The notes beneath the pieces were generated by a model, which was not told the origin of the DNA, searched no databases, and saw nothing but the letters and a program-made list of their open reading frames with translations. The position numbers and the translations under genes are program-made. DNA of 64,000 nt from a virus. The stretch spans positions 96,001-160,000 of the IMG/VR virus record IMGVR_UViG_3300017818_000007; one strand, given 5' to 3'. Position 1 is the stretch's first letter. Each line of letters begins with the position of its first letter. Below, in pieces: positions 30,401 to 37,994 of this stretch.

Positions 30401-33400
30401 TTATACAAACGGTGCTATTAGAATTAGACCATTCAAAGTTCTTGTTGATGCTGATAGTACAGCAAACAACTATTGGACAATGTATGAATGGAATATTGCA
30501 TCTGAAGAATGGATTAGAACAAACACACAAACATATGATGTTAATAGATTTTGGAAATATAAAGATTATGTTGTTGAAGGATTTGATGTTGACAGCATTA
30601 TAGACTTTAAAGTTGCAGAGCCTTATCTATTAAAAACAATTACTCCTGCAACAGGACAACTAGTTGAGGTAGCAAATGTTGGCGATGGAAACAAAATTGT
30701 TCTTAGAAAAGTTGAAGCAAATGGTACTTGGAATAATAATTATGATATTTTGTTCAAAGCAAATAGCACAATTGAATTTGATTCGTCTATCTATGATTAC
30801 ACAGGACTAAACTTTGGCTTTGCTGGCGCAGAAAACTTTGATATTAACTTATATGATGAACAGCCAACACAAGAAACACGAGTTATTTTAGAACAACTGT
30901 ATTCAAACATTTTTGTTGATGACTTAAAATATGCTTGGAATGAATTTTTGTTTACAGCAATACGTTATGCAATCAGTGAGCAAACATTTACTGACTGGGC
31001 ATTTAAAACAAGTTTAATCAGTGTTAAGAATAATTTAGGCGGCTTTACTAAAAAGATTAATTATAATCTTGACGATCCTGGAAATATACAATCTTACGTT
31101 GAAGAAATTAAACCATATAGTGTCACAATTAAAGACATGATTACAAGTTATAATAATCGTGAGCCTAGCAGTATTTTTACTACTGACTTTGATTTGCCAA
31201 GCCGTTATAACGAAACCAAAGAAGAGTTTGAAGTATTAAACGAAACAAGCGAAGATATAACAACTGAGCCATTTAATCAATGGTTTGAAAATTATAAATT
31301 TAATGTTGACAGCATTGAAATTGCTGAAGCAGGAGACGGGTATACACAAAGACCGATTGTTGTAATTAGCGGCGGAAGAGAAGATAAACCTGCTATTGTA
31401 CAAACAACACCGTTTAGGGTTCTTACTACTACAGACTATGACAACTTGTATGTGTACGTTAATACTACAAGTGTTCCGGATCACTTCTTTAATACAACAA
31501 ATGTAGTTTCACAAAATCTTGTTTATCAGATTCCAAGATTCCCAAGTGTTCCTGAAGTTAAAGTTCCAACACCACTAGGTGCTATTGGTGTAGCAGTTAA
31601 CGGAGTAAGTATTTTTAATCCTAGTTCTGCAGTCACAGAATTACTTAATGGTACAACATATACTGTAAATGCAGTATTCAGTCATGAAGAATTAGGTATT
31701 GATGACGGTTCAGGTCATCCGCAAGAAGATGGAATTTACCATTACCATAGCGATCCTACCTTTATGTACACTAAGGATCCAGAGAATCACAGTCCAATAT
31801 TAGGATACGCCTTTGACGGTTTCCCAATTTATGGACCGTACGGTTTTATTGCTACAAATGATAAAACAGTTAAATTAATTAAATCAAGTTATAAACTTAG
31901 AACAACACCTCGTGCAGATGGTAGTATGCCAACTGGAAGATACAACGAGGATTATGAGTTTGTACAAGGACACGGAGACCTAGACGAAAACAACGGTAGG
32001 TTTATTCAAACACCAGAATATCCACAAGGAACATACGCTTACTTTATTACAGTTGACGAGCAAGATGACGGCACGTTTGAACCAGCGTTCCCATACATTG
32101 TTGGACCTCATTATCACGGTAATCCGTTGTTGCCTAATGGCAACGGTAAAATGCCACAAAGCGGAAACATTAATGCAACAGCAACAGCATATATCAGTAG
32201 AAACAAAGTAAACAAAATTGTTGTTGAAAATCCAGGCGCTGGTTATGTAAGTGCTCCAACAGTCACAATTACTGGTGGAGGTAATACAACATCAACAGCA
32301 AAAGCAGTTGCAATTCTTGAAAACAATAAAGTTAGAACAAATAAAACTGAACTTAAATTTGATAGAATTGGCTCAACAGGTATTATTGCTGATGAAGAAT
32401 ACGTTGATACATATACCGCTAAGTCAGGACAAGTTGTTTATAAACTAACATACTTGCCTACGTTAGATAAAAGAGATTTTGTTATCAGTGTGAATAATGA
32501 AGCAATTTTTGTTGAAAACTTTGATGTAAGCATTGAAACATTAACTGATAAAACTTATAAAAAACAAGTTGGCCATGTTGTATTAAAAACATTGCCAAAA
32601 GAGCGTTCAACAGTCACAATTACATATAAGAAAAATGTAAAACTAATGAACGCTATTGATAGAATTAATTATTTCTATGAACCAACAGCAGGTATGCCTG
32701 GTAAAGATCCGGCACAATTAATGTATGGTATCGAATATCCGGGCGTTAAAGTACAAGGTTTAGACTTTGGTGTTAGTGTTGGGTGGGACGGCCTTCCATG
32801 GTTTAGTCATGGTTGGGATACGTTCTCAGGAGGCAACACAGATTATGCTTTCCGTGCAGACGGAGTTGCAACATCGTTTACATTACCTTATGCACCTAAA
32901 CAGGATGAAAAGATTAACGTTTATTTTGATGGTGTAAGGCAAGATCCAAATAACACTCCAACTATTGTTGGCGACGGGAACACAACAGCATTTACTTTAA
33001 ATGCAACACCAGCAGATGGTGTGTTGGTAGTATTCCGTCCAGAAGATTCAGATGGTAGTGTTGTTCCAACAGATGTAAACAACTTAGACACAATTATACA
33101 AGGTGGTAATTTATCTTATAGTACTGCAACTGGACAAACACCAGAAGAAATTAGTTTACAAGGCGACGGGTTTGTCACACCAGATACGTCACACGCACCT
33201 GAAGAAGTTGTACCAGGTCAAATATTTGATTCGCTGGCTATGAAAGTTTATAATGCTCCAGCAGATGGTTCTCCAATTATTGACATTACAAGACATTGGG
33301 GAGATGGAAGTGAAACTGAGTTTACGTTTAACAAATATCCCGGAACAACAGACAGTATTATAGTCACAGTAGGGCCTAGTAATCCTACACCAACAGATAC

Positions 33401-35339
33401 TGCAACAAGATCAAGTTCTTATAAAGTTTTAGGAACTGACTACACTGTTGACTATGCTAATAAAAAAATTACACTTACATCAGCACCAACTGATGGACAG
33501 TTAGTCACAATTACAACTTTAAATGTTGGCGGTAGCGAGATACTTGAAAAAGAAGATTATGTTGACTCAGGTGATAGTACTATTGAGTTTGTTTTAACAA
33601 GTAAGTACGAAGATGTTAAAAGTGCGTTTGTCACAGTTAATGGTGTAAAACAAGACTATGCTATCTATGAAGATACTGATAGTGGTAGTGCAAAAATTGT
33701 TTTAACAAATCCTCCAAACGATATGACAGATGCCGTGACACAGATTACTGCATTAAGCGGATTAGAAAAAACATACAGTGAAGTAGTCACAGACGTACAC
33801 GAAGTACAAAGCAACGACGGTCTTACATATGACTTATCTCAGGTACCTGGAAATATTGAACCGTTCCATGCAATGGTAGTAGTTGAAGCAAATGGTAGAA
33901 GATTGAGAGCACCAGACACAATTTATTATGTTGCTAACGGAGTGACTCTAGATTATCTAGCAAGTCAAGATCCAGAGTATCCAGCATTTAGTTTGGCACT
34001 TGGTGAATTAGAAGTTCATCAGAACGGTGTTAGACTTGAACCAATTTCAGATTATCAGTTTAATACTGCAACAAACCTTGTCACTTTCTATCAAGGTAGA
34101 TTACAAGCAGGCGATGTAATTGCAATCACAGTATTACGTGGTCATGATTATGAAATTAGAAAACACGATGATGACGATAGTTCAAATGCAGGATATATCA
34201 AAATTATTAACAACAGTGCAGAAGATAGTACCGGAGTTGGTGAAGGAACAATTCTTAAAATTACAAGTTTCACAAATCACGATGCTAACCTAATGCGTAA
34301 AGAAGTATTTGCAGGAAATACAGGCGGAAATTATAAGTTAAGCAGAAAAGCAATTGATGTTGCATATGTTTGGGTAGAGTTGAATAATATTCCTCTTGTA
34401 GCAGATGCAGATTACAAAATTTTAGATGATGGATATACCGTTTATATTGACAACAAGTTTTCACAAAAATCAACTGATAGAGTAGTAATAACTTCGTTTA
34501 GTGAAGATAGAACACACGACGGTATTGGATTTACTATTTTTGAAGATATGCTTAACAGACATCACTTTAAGAGAATTAGTAAACAAGATACTACTGTGTT
34601 AACTACAAAATTATTGTTAGGTGATACAGAAATTTCTGTACAAGACGCAAGTTTCTTTGATACGCCAAGTCCAGAAAAACGTGTTCCTGGCGTAATATTT
34701 GTTGGTAAAGAAAGAATAGAATTTTACAAAATTAACGGTAATAAGTTATCACAGATAACAAGAGGTACACTTGGTACAGGAATTGCTGAACATCCAGTTG
34801 GAACACAGGTGTTTGATGCAGGACCAACACAAACTGTACCATATAAAGAATCATTAAGCGTATATGAAATAATTGTACGTGATGGATTACCAAACGGTAA
34901 ATCAGTACACGTTTTGGAAACAATTAACTTCTCAGGAAGTGTTAATGCACACGATCAAGTAGAAGTTTATGTAGGGGGCAGAAAACTACAAAAACCAACA
35001 GTTTCTGCTAATCCAATTACAAAACACGATCCATCTATCGCTTATGATAGTGAAGAAACAAACAGCCTAGGTGTTGCTAGTGATGTAGTTCAACTACCAG
35101 AATTTACTATTGAACCAGTTGAAGATAGTACAGCAAAAGGCTATTATAAACTAATATTAAGGGACGAACCAGAGAACGGAACCGAGATTAAAGTGGTGCA
35201 AAAGCAGGGTCATGTATGGTATACAGCAGGTGTTAGCACTGCATCTAACGGTGTCACACTACAAAGAGCAGAATCTCCGCAGGCTAATTTCTTGCTAGAG
35301 AGGTCCTCTGGTTTACCTATAATAAATATTAAGGAATAG
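21414..35339 (+). CDS. Giant (4641 aa) mosaic baseplate/tail protein (gp7-like position) with cupredoxin-like, CBM-like, FG-GAP propeller and YHYH domains
   Basis: Single uninterrupted ORF after gp6; GHPF..LYYACQYHQSMQG; two CBM5/12-like motifs; repeated FG..(V/L)..S....L.VGAP; GHPQEDGIYHYH...GYAFDGFPIYGPYG. Confidence 0.7.
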   Translation: MAFSDRQGTPVNIENKDKLRNSADLLPMYFRTETNRKFLGATVDALISKGNLDRLNGFVGARNTENAKPTDVYIQEPTANRRQYNFLPSAVTKNPIDNSNKWTGTYDDLINQIDFFGGITDNHNRLFEADYFAWNPLFDFDKFANYRQYYWLPQGPDPVSISGDPGNTQSEYSVSNSGENSFVFTPNGFSENPTVILYRGGTYKFKVNAQGHPFFIKTANTVGIGDQYNNGVENNGAEQGTITFTVPVDAPDLLYYACQYHQSMQGVLEIRNTSDDLSIDVEEDIISKATFKSANGVQLTNGMKVNFVGDVLPTKYRNKNWYVEGVGESIVLIDETELDTPELYAKNEEYEFDVDPFDDTPYDDTENSPLTAEYITINRSSKDKNPWSRYNRWVHKDVIELSAEYNNTSPVLDENYRAVRPIIEFKPNLKLVNFGTNGIGNIDLIDTDTKDAMSDVEGSFGYHVDEVLLRKGMRVIFNADPDITVKGKVYEVDFVEHNGVKRVHLEEVYEPLVNDSVVATSGETHQGSSWHFDGTSWINGQQKTILNQSPLFDLYDSAGNSFADTDYYFSSTFNGNKLASYKIGTGSDDPVLGFPIAYQNINNVGDITFEFNWDDGLFTYQEGTTQKTVDTASGLVKDYAKDKFISGWELVKGKQTVQRILQVVDTVIDTDTVAVNAINQPHKYDLDIVVEYNGKTYKETTDFEKVIDRERQIYELKFNSIIPQGTRITLKIKTNQKPNENGFYEPPINLTNNSENNDLKTFTLGSVSDHFKTIFQNNSFITGNSVGPNNSRDISEIHLDGSRYVKHKGSVLPAIMFLVQENLNFVNSMRKNANDYNFFKDQFIEKAGEIERTTSVANDVDKILYELGSNKITTSPYFYSDMAGFGRKVERLEFEVKNGTQNVFAINNAFDTTKVSDRAVYVYLNDVQLYLDADYEFDAVDNTVTIKKELSVGDKVKVNDYDTTGNVIPHSPTKLGLYPAYVPEIFVDSSYINPTKVIQGHDGSITKAYNDERDELILELEKRIYNNLKVKYNRDVFDILKEQPGHYRPDAYTRDEFNKVLRTDFGYWKSLFDVDFETNNVSQSGDAFTYNFNTMINLQDQKLPGNWRAIYKDYFDTDRPHTHPWEMLGITLKPTWWDEQYGEAPYTSGNNLLWNDIERGLVRDPNGTKIYPAYARPNLSKNLPVDEYGELIDPSKINIVKAIFITEIKNAWKFGDEGPAETAWRKSSWFPFALQVAVGLTKPAQYFGSLFDVNQNEITPSGNVVYADNGKIFSLKEAKIKDLRFNNERFLGLGYHVPIVEYIKSFDKDVKETFYDYLTNTSSNLTYKLGGFANKNRLRVLAESSNPNTADNSIFLPSENYQLTLRKSNPIRNVRVSGIIVEKTAKGFLVRGYDNIKPWFSIYKPKHGKNDIAVNVGGKQAKFVIWDSEKFYGKGQIVEFGGEYYRVSINHTSTETFDNSKFTKLGELPVTGGTEVAKAKAFESKITEVSYGTVYPRAQEVYDVILGYQEYLKEQGFVFDIFQRETATIQDWDLSGREFLYWTTQNWAEGSVISLSPFADSLSFEYKYATVDNVLNSFYEYSILSANGTPLPKDNISIVRGSGKFNITTKNTQRGIFFAVLNLVQWEHIVVFDDKSQFGDVIYDQEAGYRQKRIKLVGFKTSEWDGDYVSPGFVFDEAVVADYIDGKDYNLGDVVRHKSKFYSAKKFLPATKAFNFSEWVFIGDKPVAELLPNLDYKASSYEDFYSLESENFDSETTKLSQHLTGYQKRLYLDNMVRDDIAQYKFYSGFIKEKGTRNSLEKLNRLTIDGTSTDLSITDNWAIKIGSLGSGSTTKELEVVLSEKDNVENPQAYEFVTAKTSNSDTNTIELLSSDLTLKPDNFSVDVWKNFDTTQDGVSLNSIQKIPTAGFARLDDVDHTVFNSEDLLTDTTLPTLNEGASVWVARDKSDTWNIYRLTANRARLVQTEDNQVSVDNGTITLHTNIPHGLKEGDTIVIKQFDNQINGTHLVNSVLGLTSFTITTELLTITLAEDSASGTILELLPVRVSSPDKINDIKDVAEFAEGTKIWADDVSDGTWRVFEKTKAYAENQVQLIASDAKTYASTVKYGDQGRTIVVGNPGQTVEGAVLILRRKFNTDISTLEGSSGFNISESLVDQLVSPSVPAGLGSSLSLSQTTNTLVAGAPYASFVKTITDPEKPRFNTVGLTGTASSYTKQGVVKLSTYNSLTNIYDPTHIIASPRPANNEEFGSSVAVSDTRMVVGAPGRANNAGGVYVYTKGTNGWDLNAEWELTAPSDHPNDRFGEKLTASIDMSILAVSARNKELESDSTTVDTGAVYIYYWDGTGYNLIQTIDATTVDTLSKSDLFGSSLSLSRNGDVLVIGAPLNDDDSINQGAVYVFERQTQGDSTVGYTYKQKLTSPTNLSGEQFGSNVSVNPDGLSFAVAGKGGSNSAITLFDNNETSFDAKSTSFVDTETGTGSVYTFTKLGTTYVFGQKLSSNDLQSNDAFGTGLDFSTTSLYVGAPYFTYNGNDTGMLFVYQKEASAGWNTLRQQDSLTDPFSVEKVMTYRTDSQTVVDFLETIDPIKGKIPYIAETEISYKSAKDPAIYTTSDRGLNVDPDTNWGATHVGQIWWDLSTVRYVWYEQGDVEFRKNNWGGLFPGSTIDIYEWVESDLSPEEWNNISDTTEGIAAGFSGQSKYDNNTFVLKRVYDTATNNFVNRYYYWVKNNVLLPQRVSTQIAVGLSEKIAVDTRRLPANEIANVIADPKGYGIKSLQLLDTNSFSLTNIKTSLSDTDVSLNVQYKKVKTNIPNHNSWLLLDEQQRDKIDNPLLIKKLYDSLVGFDDAGNTVPDSQLPVQKKYGLQIRPRQSMFVNRLGALETLFTYTNNLLAKSRIVDEKDLSGLFESDPQPTLISGRYDVKVDEFNDLDNIKTQDLEQATATATIVNGRVKSVEITNPGFGYVNPPNIEITTEGWGAKFQSTIDAQGRVTSIEVLKEGRDYTNGAIRIRPFKVLVDADSTANNYWTMYEWNIASEEWIRTNTQTYDVNRFWKYKDYVVEGFDVDSIIDFKVAEPYLLKTITPATGQLVEVANVGDGNKIVLRKVEANGTWNNNYDILFKANSTIEFDSSIYDYTGLNFGFAGAENFDINLYDEQPTQETRVILEQLYSNIFVDDLKYAWNEFLFTAIRYAISEQTFTDWAFKTSLISVKNNLGGFTKKINYNLDDPGNIQSYVEEIKPYSVTIKDMITSYNNREPSSIFTTDFDLPSRYNETKEEFEVLNETSEDITTEPFNQWFENYKFNVDSIEIAEAGDGYTQRPIVVISGGREDKPAIVQTTPFRVLTTTDYDNLYVYVNTTSVPDHFFNTTNVVSQNLVYQIPRFPSVPEVKVPTPLGAIGVAVNGVSIFNPSSAVTELLNGTTYTVNAVFSHEELGIDDGSGHPQEDGIYHYHSDPTFMYTKDPENHSPILGYAFDGFPIYGPYGFIATNDKTVKLIKSSYKLRTTPRADGSMPTGRYNEDYEFVQGHGDLDENNGRFIQTPEYPQGTYAYFITVDEQDDGTFEPAFPYIVGPHYHGNPLLPNGNGKMPQSGNINATATAYISRNKVNKIVVENPGAGYVSAPTVTITGGGNTTSTAKAVAILENNKVRTNKTELKFDRIGSTGIIADEEYVDTYTAKSGQVVYKLTYLPTLDKRDFVISVNNEAIFVENFDVSIETLTDKTYKKQVGHVVLKTLPKERSTVTITYKKNVKLMNAIDRINYFYEPTAGMPGKDPAQLMYGIEYPGVKVQGLDFGVSVGWDGLPWFSHGWDTFSGGNTDYAFRADGVATSFTLPYAPKQDEKINVYFDGVRQDPNNTPTIVGDGNTTAFTLNATPADGVLVVFRPEDSDGSVVPTDVNNLDTIIQGGNLSYSTATGQTPEEISLQGDGFVTPDTSHAPEEVVPGQIFDSLAMKVYNAPADGSPIIDITRHWGDGSETEFTFNKYPGTTDSIIVTVGPSNPTPTDTATRSSSYKVLGTDYTVDYANKKITLTSAPTDGQLVTITTLNVGGSEILEKEDYVDSGDSTIEFVLTSKYEDVKSAFVTVNGVKQDYAIYEDTDSGSAKIVLTNPPNDMTDAVTQITALSGLEKTYSEVVTDVHEVQSNDGLTYDLSQVPGNIEPFHAMVVVEANGRRLRAPDTIYYVANGVTLDYLASQDPEYPAFSLALGELEVHQNGVRLEPISDYQFNTATNLVTFYQGRLQAGDVIAITVLRGHDYEIRKHDDDDSSNAGYIKIINNSAEDSTGVGEGTILKITSFTNHDANLMRKEVFAGNTGGNYKLSRKAIDVAYVWVELNNIPLVADADYKILDDGYTVYIDNKFSQKSTDRVVITSFSEDRTHDGIGFTIFEDMLNRHHFKRISKQDTTVLTTKLLLGDTEISVQDASFFDTPSPEKRVPGVIFVGKERIEFYKINGNKLSQITRGTLGTGIAEHPVGTQVFDAGPTQTVPYKESLSVYEIIVRDGLPNGKSVHVLETINFSGSVNAHDQVEVYVGGRKLQKPTVSANPITKHDPSIAYDSEETNSLGVASDVVQLPEFTIEPVEDSTAKGYYKLILRDEPENGTEIKVVQKQGHVWYTAGVSTASNGVTLQRAESPQANFLLERSSGLPIINIKE

Positions 35340-35342
35340 ACA

Positions 35343-36002
35343 ATGTCAAACGAGGATAAAAAGTTGGAACAAATGCCAAAAGAAAACAAAAAACCAAATG
35401 AAAATACAGGTGTATTAATGGAAGGCCACATTAAGATCTTTGATCCAAAAAGTGGAGAAATACTAGTGAATAAGCGTAATGCTATTCATTACGAAAACAT
35501 GAGTATTTCACTAGCAGAATCACTTGGAAATGAAGGGCGTGGAAACATCGTTGAAATGGCATTTGGCAATGGTGGAACAACAGTAGATCCAACAGGAATT
35601 ATCACTTATTTGACTCCAAATAATACAGGCGTTAATGCTTCATTGTACAATCAAACATACTATAAAACAGTTGATGATAACAATGTTAACAACACAGATC
35701 CTGCAAGAAACTTCATCGAAACACGTCATACCTTAGGTACAACATATACAGACATTTTAGTAAGTTGTTTATTAGACTACGGTGAACCAACAGGACAACA
35801 GGCATTTGATAACAGCACAAACTTAGATGGTAATTTTGTTTTTGACGAACTAGGTTTAAGAGCATACAGCACCGAAGGTGCTAATGAAGGCAGACTTCTA
35901 ACACACGTAATTTTCCACCCTGTACAAAAGTCACTAAACAGACTTATACAGATTGATTACACAGTTAGAATACAGAGTTTAACTAACTTGAGCGAGAATT
36001 AA
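35343..36002 (+). CDS. Conserved virion structural protein
   Basis: 219-aa ORF in the structural operon; TAAATA at 35323-35328. Confidence 0.6.
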   Translation: MSNEDKKLEQMPKENKKPNENTGVLMEGHIKIFDPKSGEILVNKRNAIHYENMSISLAESLGNEGRGNIVEMAFGNGGTTVDPTGIITYLTPNNTGVNASLYNQTYYKTVDDNNVNNTDPARNFIETRHTLGTTYTDILVSCLLDYGEPTGQQAFDNSTNLDGNFVFDELGLRAYSTEGANEGRLLTHVIFHPVQKSLNRLIQIDYTVRIQSLTNLSEN

Positions 36003-36005
36003 TAG

Positions 36006-37994
36006 ATGGCGTACACAGTAAATTTTACAAACGCAGTTCAAAAGACACCAATTACTGTAGATGACAACAGTAGGAACACTTCTGATACGTCATTAACACT
36101 TATTGGTAGAAACGAACCTAGTTATGGACAAAGCATTGCAGAAAACTTTGTTCACGTATTAGAAAATTTTGCAAATCCAACAGCACCTAATAATCCAATT
36201 GAAGGTCAGTTGTGGTATGACAGTGCAACAAACAGATTACAGATTAATGACTCAACCGCAGGCGCCGCTAATTGGCGACCAGCAGGTGGTGTTCATGTAA
36301 GTGCAACCGAACCACAAAATCCATTACAAGGTGATGTTTGGGTTGACACAACAAACTCACAACTATATTTGTTTACAGCAAGTCAGTTTCAATTAGTTGG
36401 TCCAAACTTTAGTGGAGGACTTAAATCAGGTGCTCAAGCAGAACAGGTAGTTGATACTAAAGGTGAAACACACACTATTGTAAAAAATTATGTTGACGAC
36501 AAAGTAGTCACTATTATTTCAAAAGATCAGTTTATTCCTAAACAAGTAATTGAAGGATTTACAGAACTATTTCCTGGTATTAATATTTCAGCAAAAGATT
36601 TTGATGGTAATGGAATTGTTCTTAACAAACTTCATGCTAGTGCAACTAAGGCAGATGCATTAAGTGTCACACAACCAGCAGTAGAAATTGTAAATGCAAA
36701 TAACTTTTTAAGAAGTGATATTACTGATACAATGAACGGACAGTTATATGTACGTAATGACGGTGGTGTCACAATTGGTTCAAACCAAATCTTTAATTTA
36801 GAAATTGCAGATAATAATGCTGTTATTAAAAACAATTCAGTAGATGGTAGTATTGACATTTCAGTATTTCCAAATGATACAGGAACAATTGAAACAATGG
36901 CTCGTTTTGATGGAGCCAATAAACGTTTAGGTATTAACACACTAAGTCCGGTCACAACATTAGATGTTCATGGTACTGGTCACTTCACTGAACGTTTAAC
37001 TTGTAGTTCAGACGAAGAAGCAACAAGTACTACAACAGGTAGTATTACAACCGGTGGCGGCATTGGTGTTGCTAAACAATTATTTGTTGGCGGAAACTTA
37101 ACAACCTACGGACACTTTAGAGTAGGTGAAAATGATCCATCAGATAATGCTACAGGTATTGCACCAAGTGTTGACGACAAACTTACTATTGGTACACCTA
37201 GTTTAAGATTTAAAAACGTACACTCAGAAATATTTACAGGTAGACTAGTTGGAACAATGGTTGGTGATGTCACAGGTAATGTTAATGGTACAGCAGATAG
37301 ACTAGTTGCTAGTACAACATTTAAAATTACTGGACACATGGCTGATGCAACAGGATTCAGTTATGATGGACAAACAGGTGGAACAGAAAAAACATTTGAT
37401 GTCACACTAACACAAGATGCTATTGATGAGCAGACAGAAACAACAGAAACACAAACTACAGAAGACTATGTTTTAGTTTCAAGAGATAATGTTGGACTAA
37501 GAAAAGTACAGTATAAAAACTTCTTTGCTGGAGCACCAACTGTTCCAGTAGGAGGAATTATGCCGTATGCAGGACAAACTGCACCAATAGGATATTTGTT
37601 ATGTGATGGTTCTGAAGTACCTATTGCAAGTTATCAAGCATTATTCCAAGCAATTGGTACTACATACGGAACAGGTATTAATCCAAACACATTTAAACTT
37701 CCAGACCTACGTGGTAGATTCCCACTAGGTAAAGATAATATGGACAACGGGTTAACTGTACAGGATACAGATAACAACGCTGTTGATGCAGGTGGTGGCA
37801 GTGTTGGTAGAGTCACAGATACTGCGGCAGAATCACTTGCTGGTACAGGTGGTAGTGAACTTAAAAACATTACAGACAATGCAATTGGACAAGGTACACA
37901 ATATACACAAAATACTGGTACTGGTGTTTATAGTGATATTAACGTAATGAATCCATTCTTAACATTGAATTATATCATAAGGGCAGAAGACTAA
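36006..37994 (+). CDS. Tail fibre protein 1 with C-terminal phage tail-collar domain
   Basis: Shared N-terminal module (LIGRN..YG....ENFV..LENFA..P..P..GQLW.D); C-terminal PVGGIMPYAGQTAPIGYLLCDG...Y.ALF.AIGT.YG...F.LPDLRGRF. Confidence 0.85.
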   Translation: MAYTVNFTNAVQKTPITVDDNSRNTSDTSLTLIGRNEPSYGQSIAENFVHVLENFANPTAPNNPIEGQLWYDSATNRLQINDSTAGAANWRPAGGVHVSATEPQNPLQGDVWVDTTNSQLYLFTASQFQLVGPNFSGGLKSGAQAEQVVDTKGETHTIVKNYVDDKVVTIISKDQFIPKQVIEGFTELFPGINISAKDFDGNGIVLNKLHASATKADALSVTQPAVEIVNANNFLRSDITDTMNGQLYVRNDGGVTIGSNQIFNLEIADNNAVIKNNSVDGSIDISVFPNDTGTIETMARFDGANKRLGINTLSPVTTLDVHGTGHFTERLTCSSDEEATSTTTGSITTGGGIGVAKQLFVGGNLTTYGHFRVGENDPSDNATGIAPSVDDKLTIGTPSLRFKNVHSEIFTGRLVGTMVGDVTGNVNGTADRLVASTTFKITGHMADATGFSYDGQTGGTEKTFDVTLTQDAIDEQTETTETQTTEDYVLVSRDNVGLRKVQYKNFFAGAPTVPVGGIMPYAGQTAPIGYLLCDGSEVPIASYQALFQAIGTTYGTGINPNTFKLPDLRGRFPLGKDNMDNGLTVQDTDNNAVDAGGGSVGRVTDTAAESLAGTGGSELKNITDNAIGQGTQYTQNTGTGVYSDINVMNPFLTLNYIIRAED

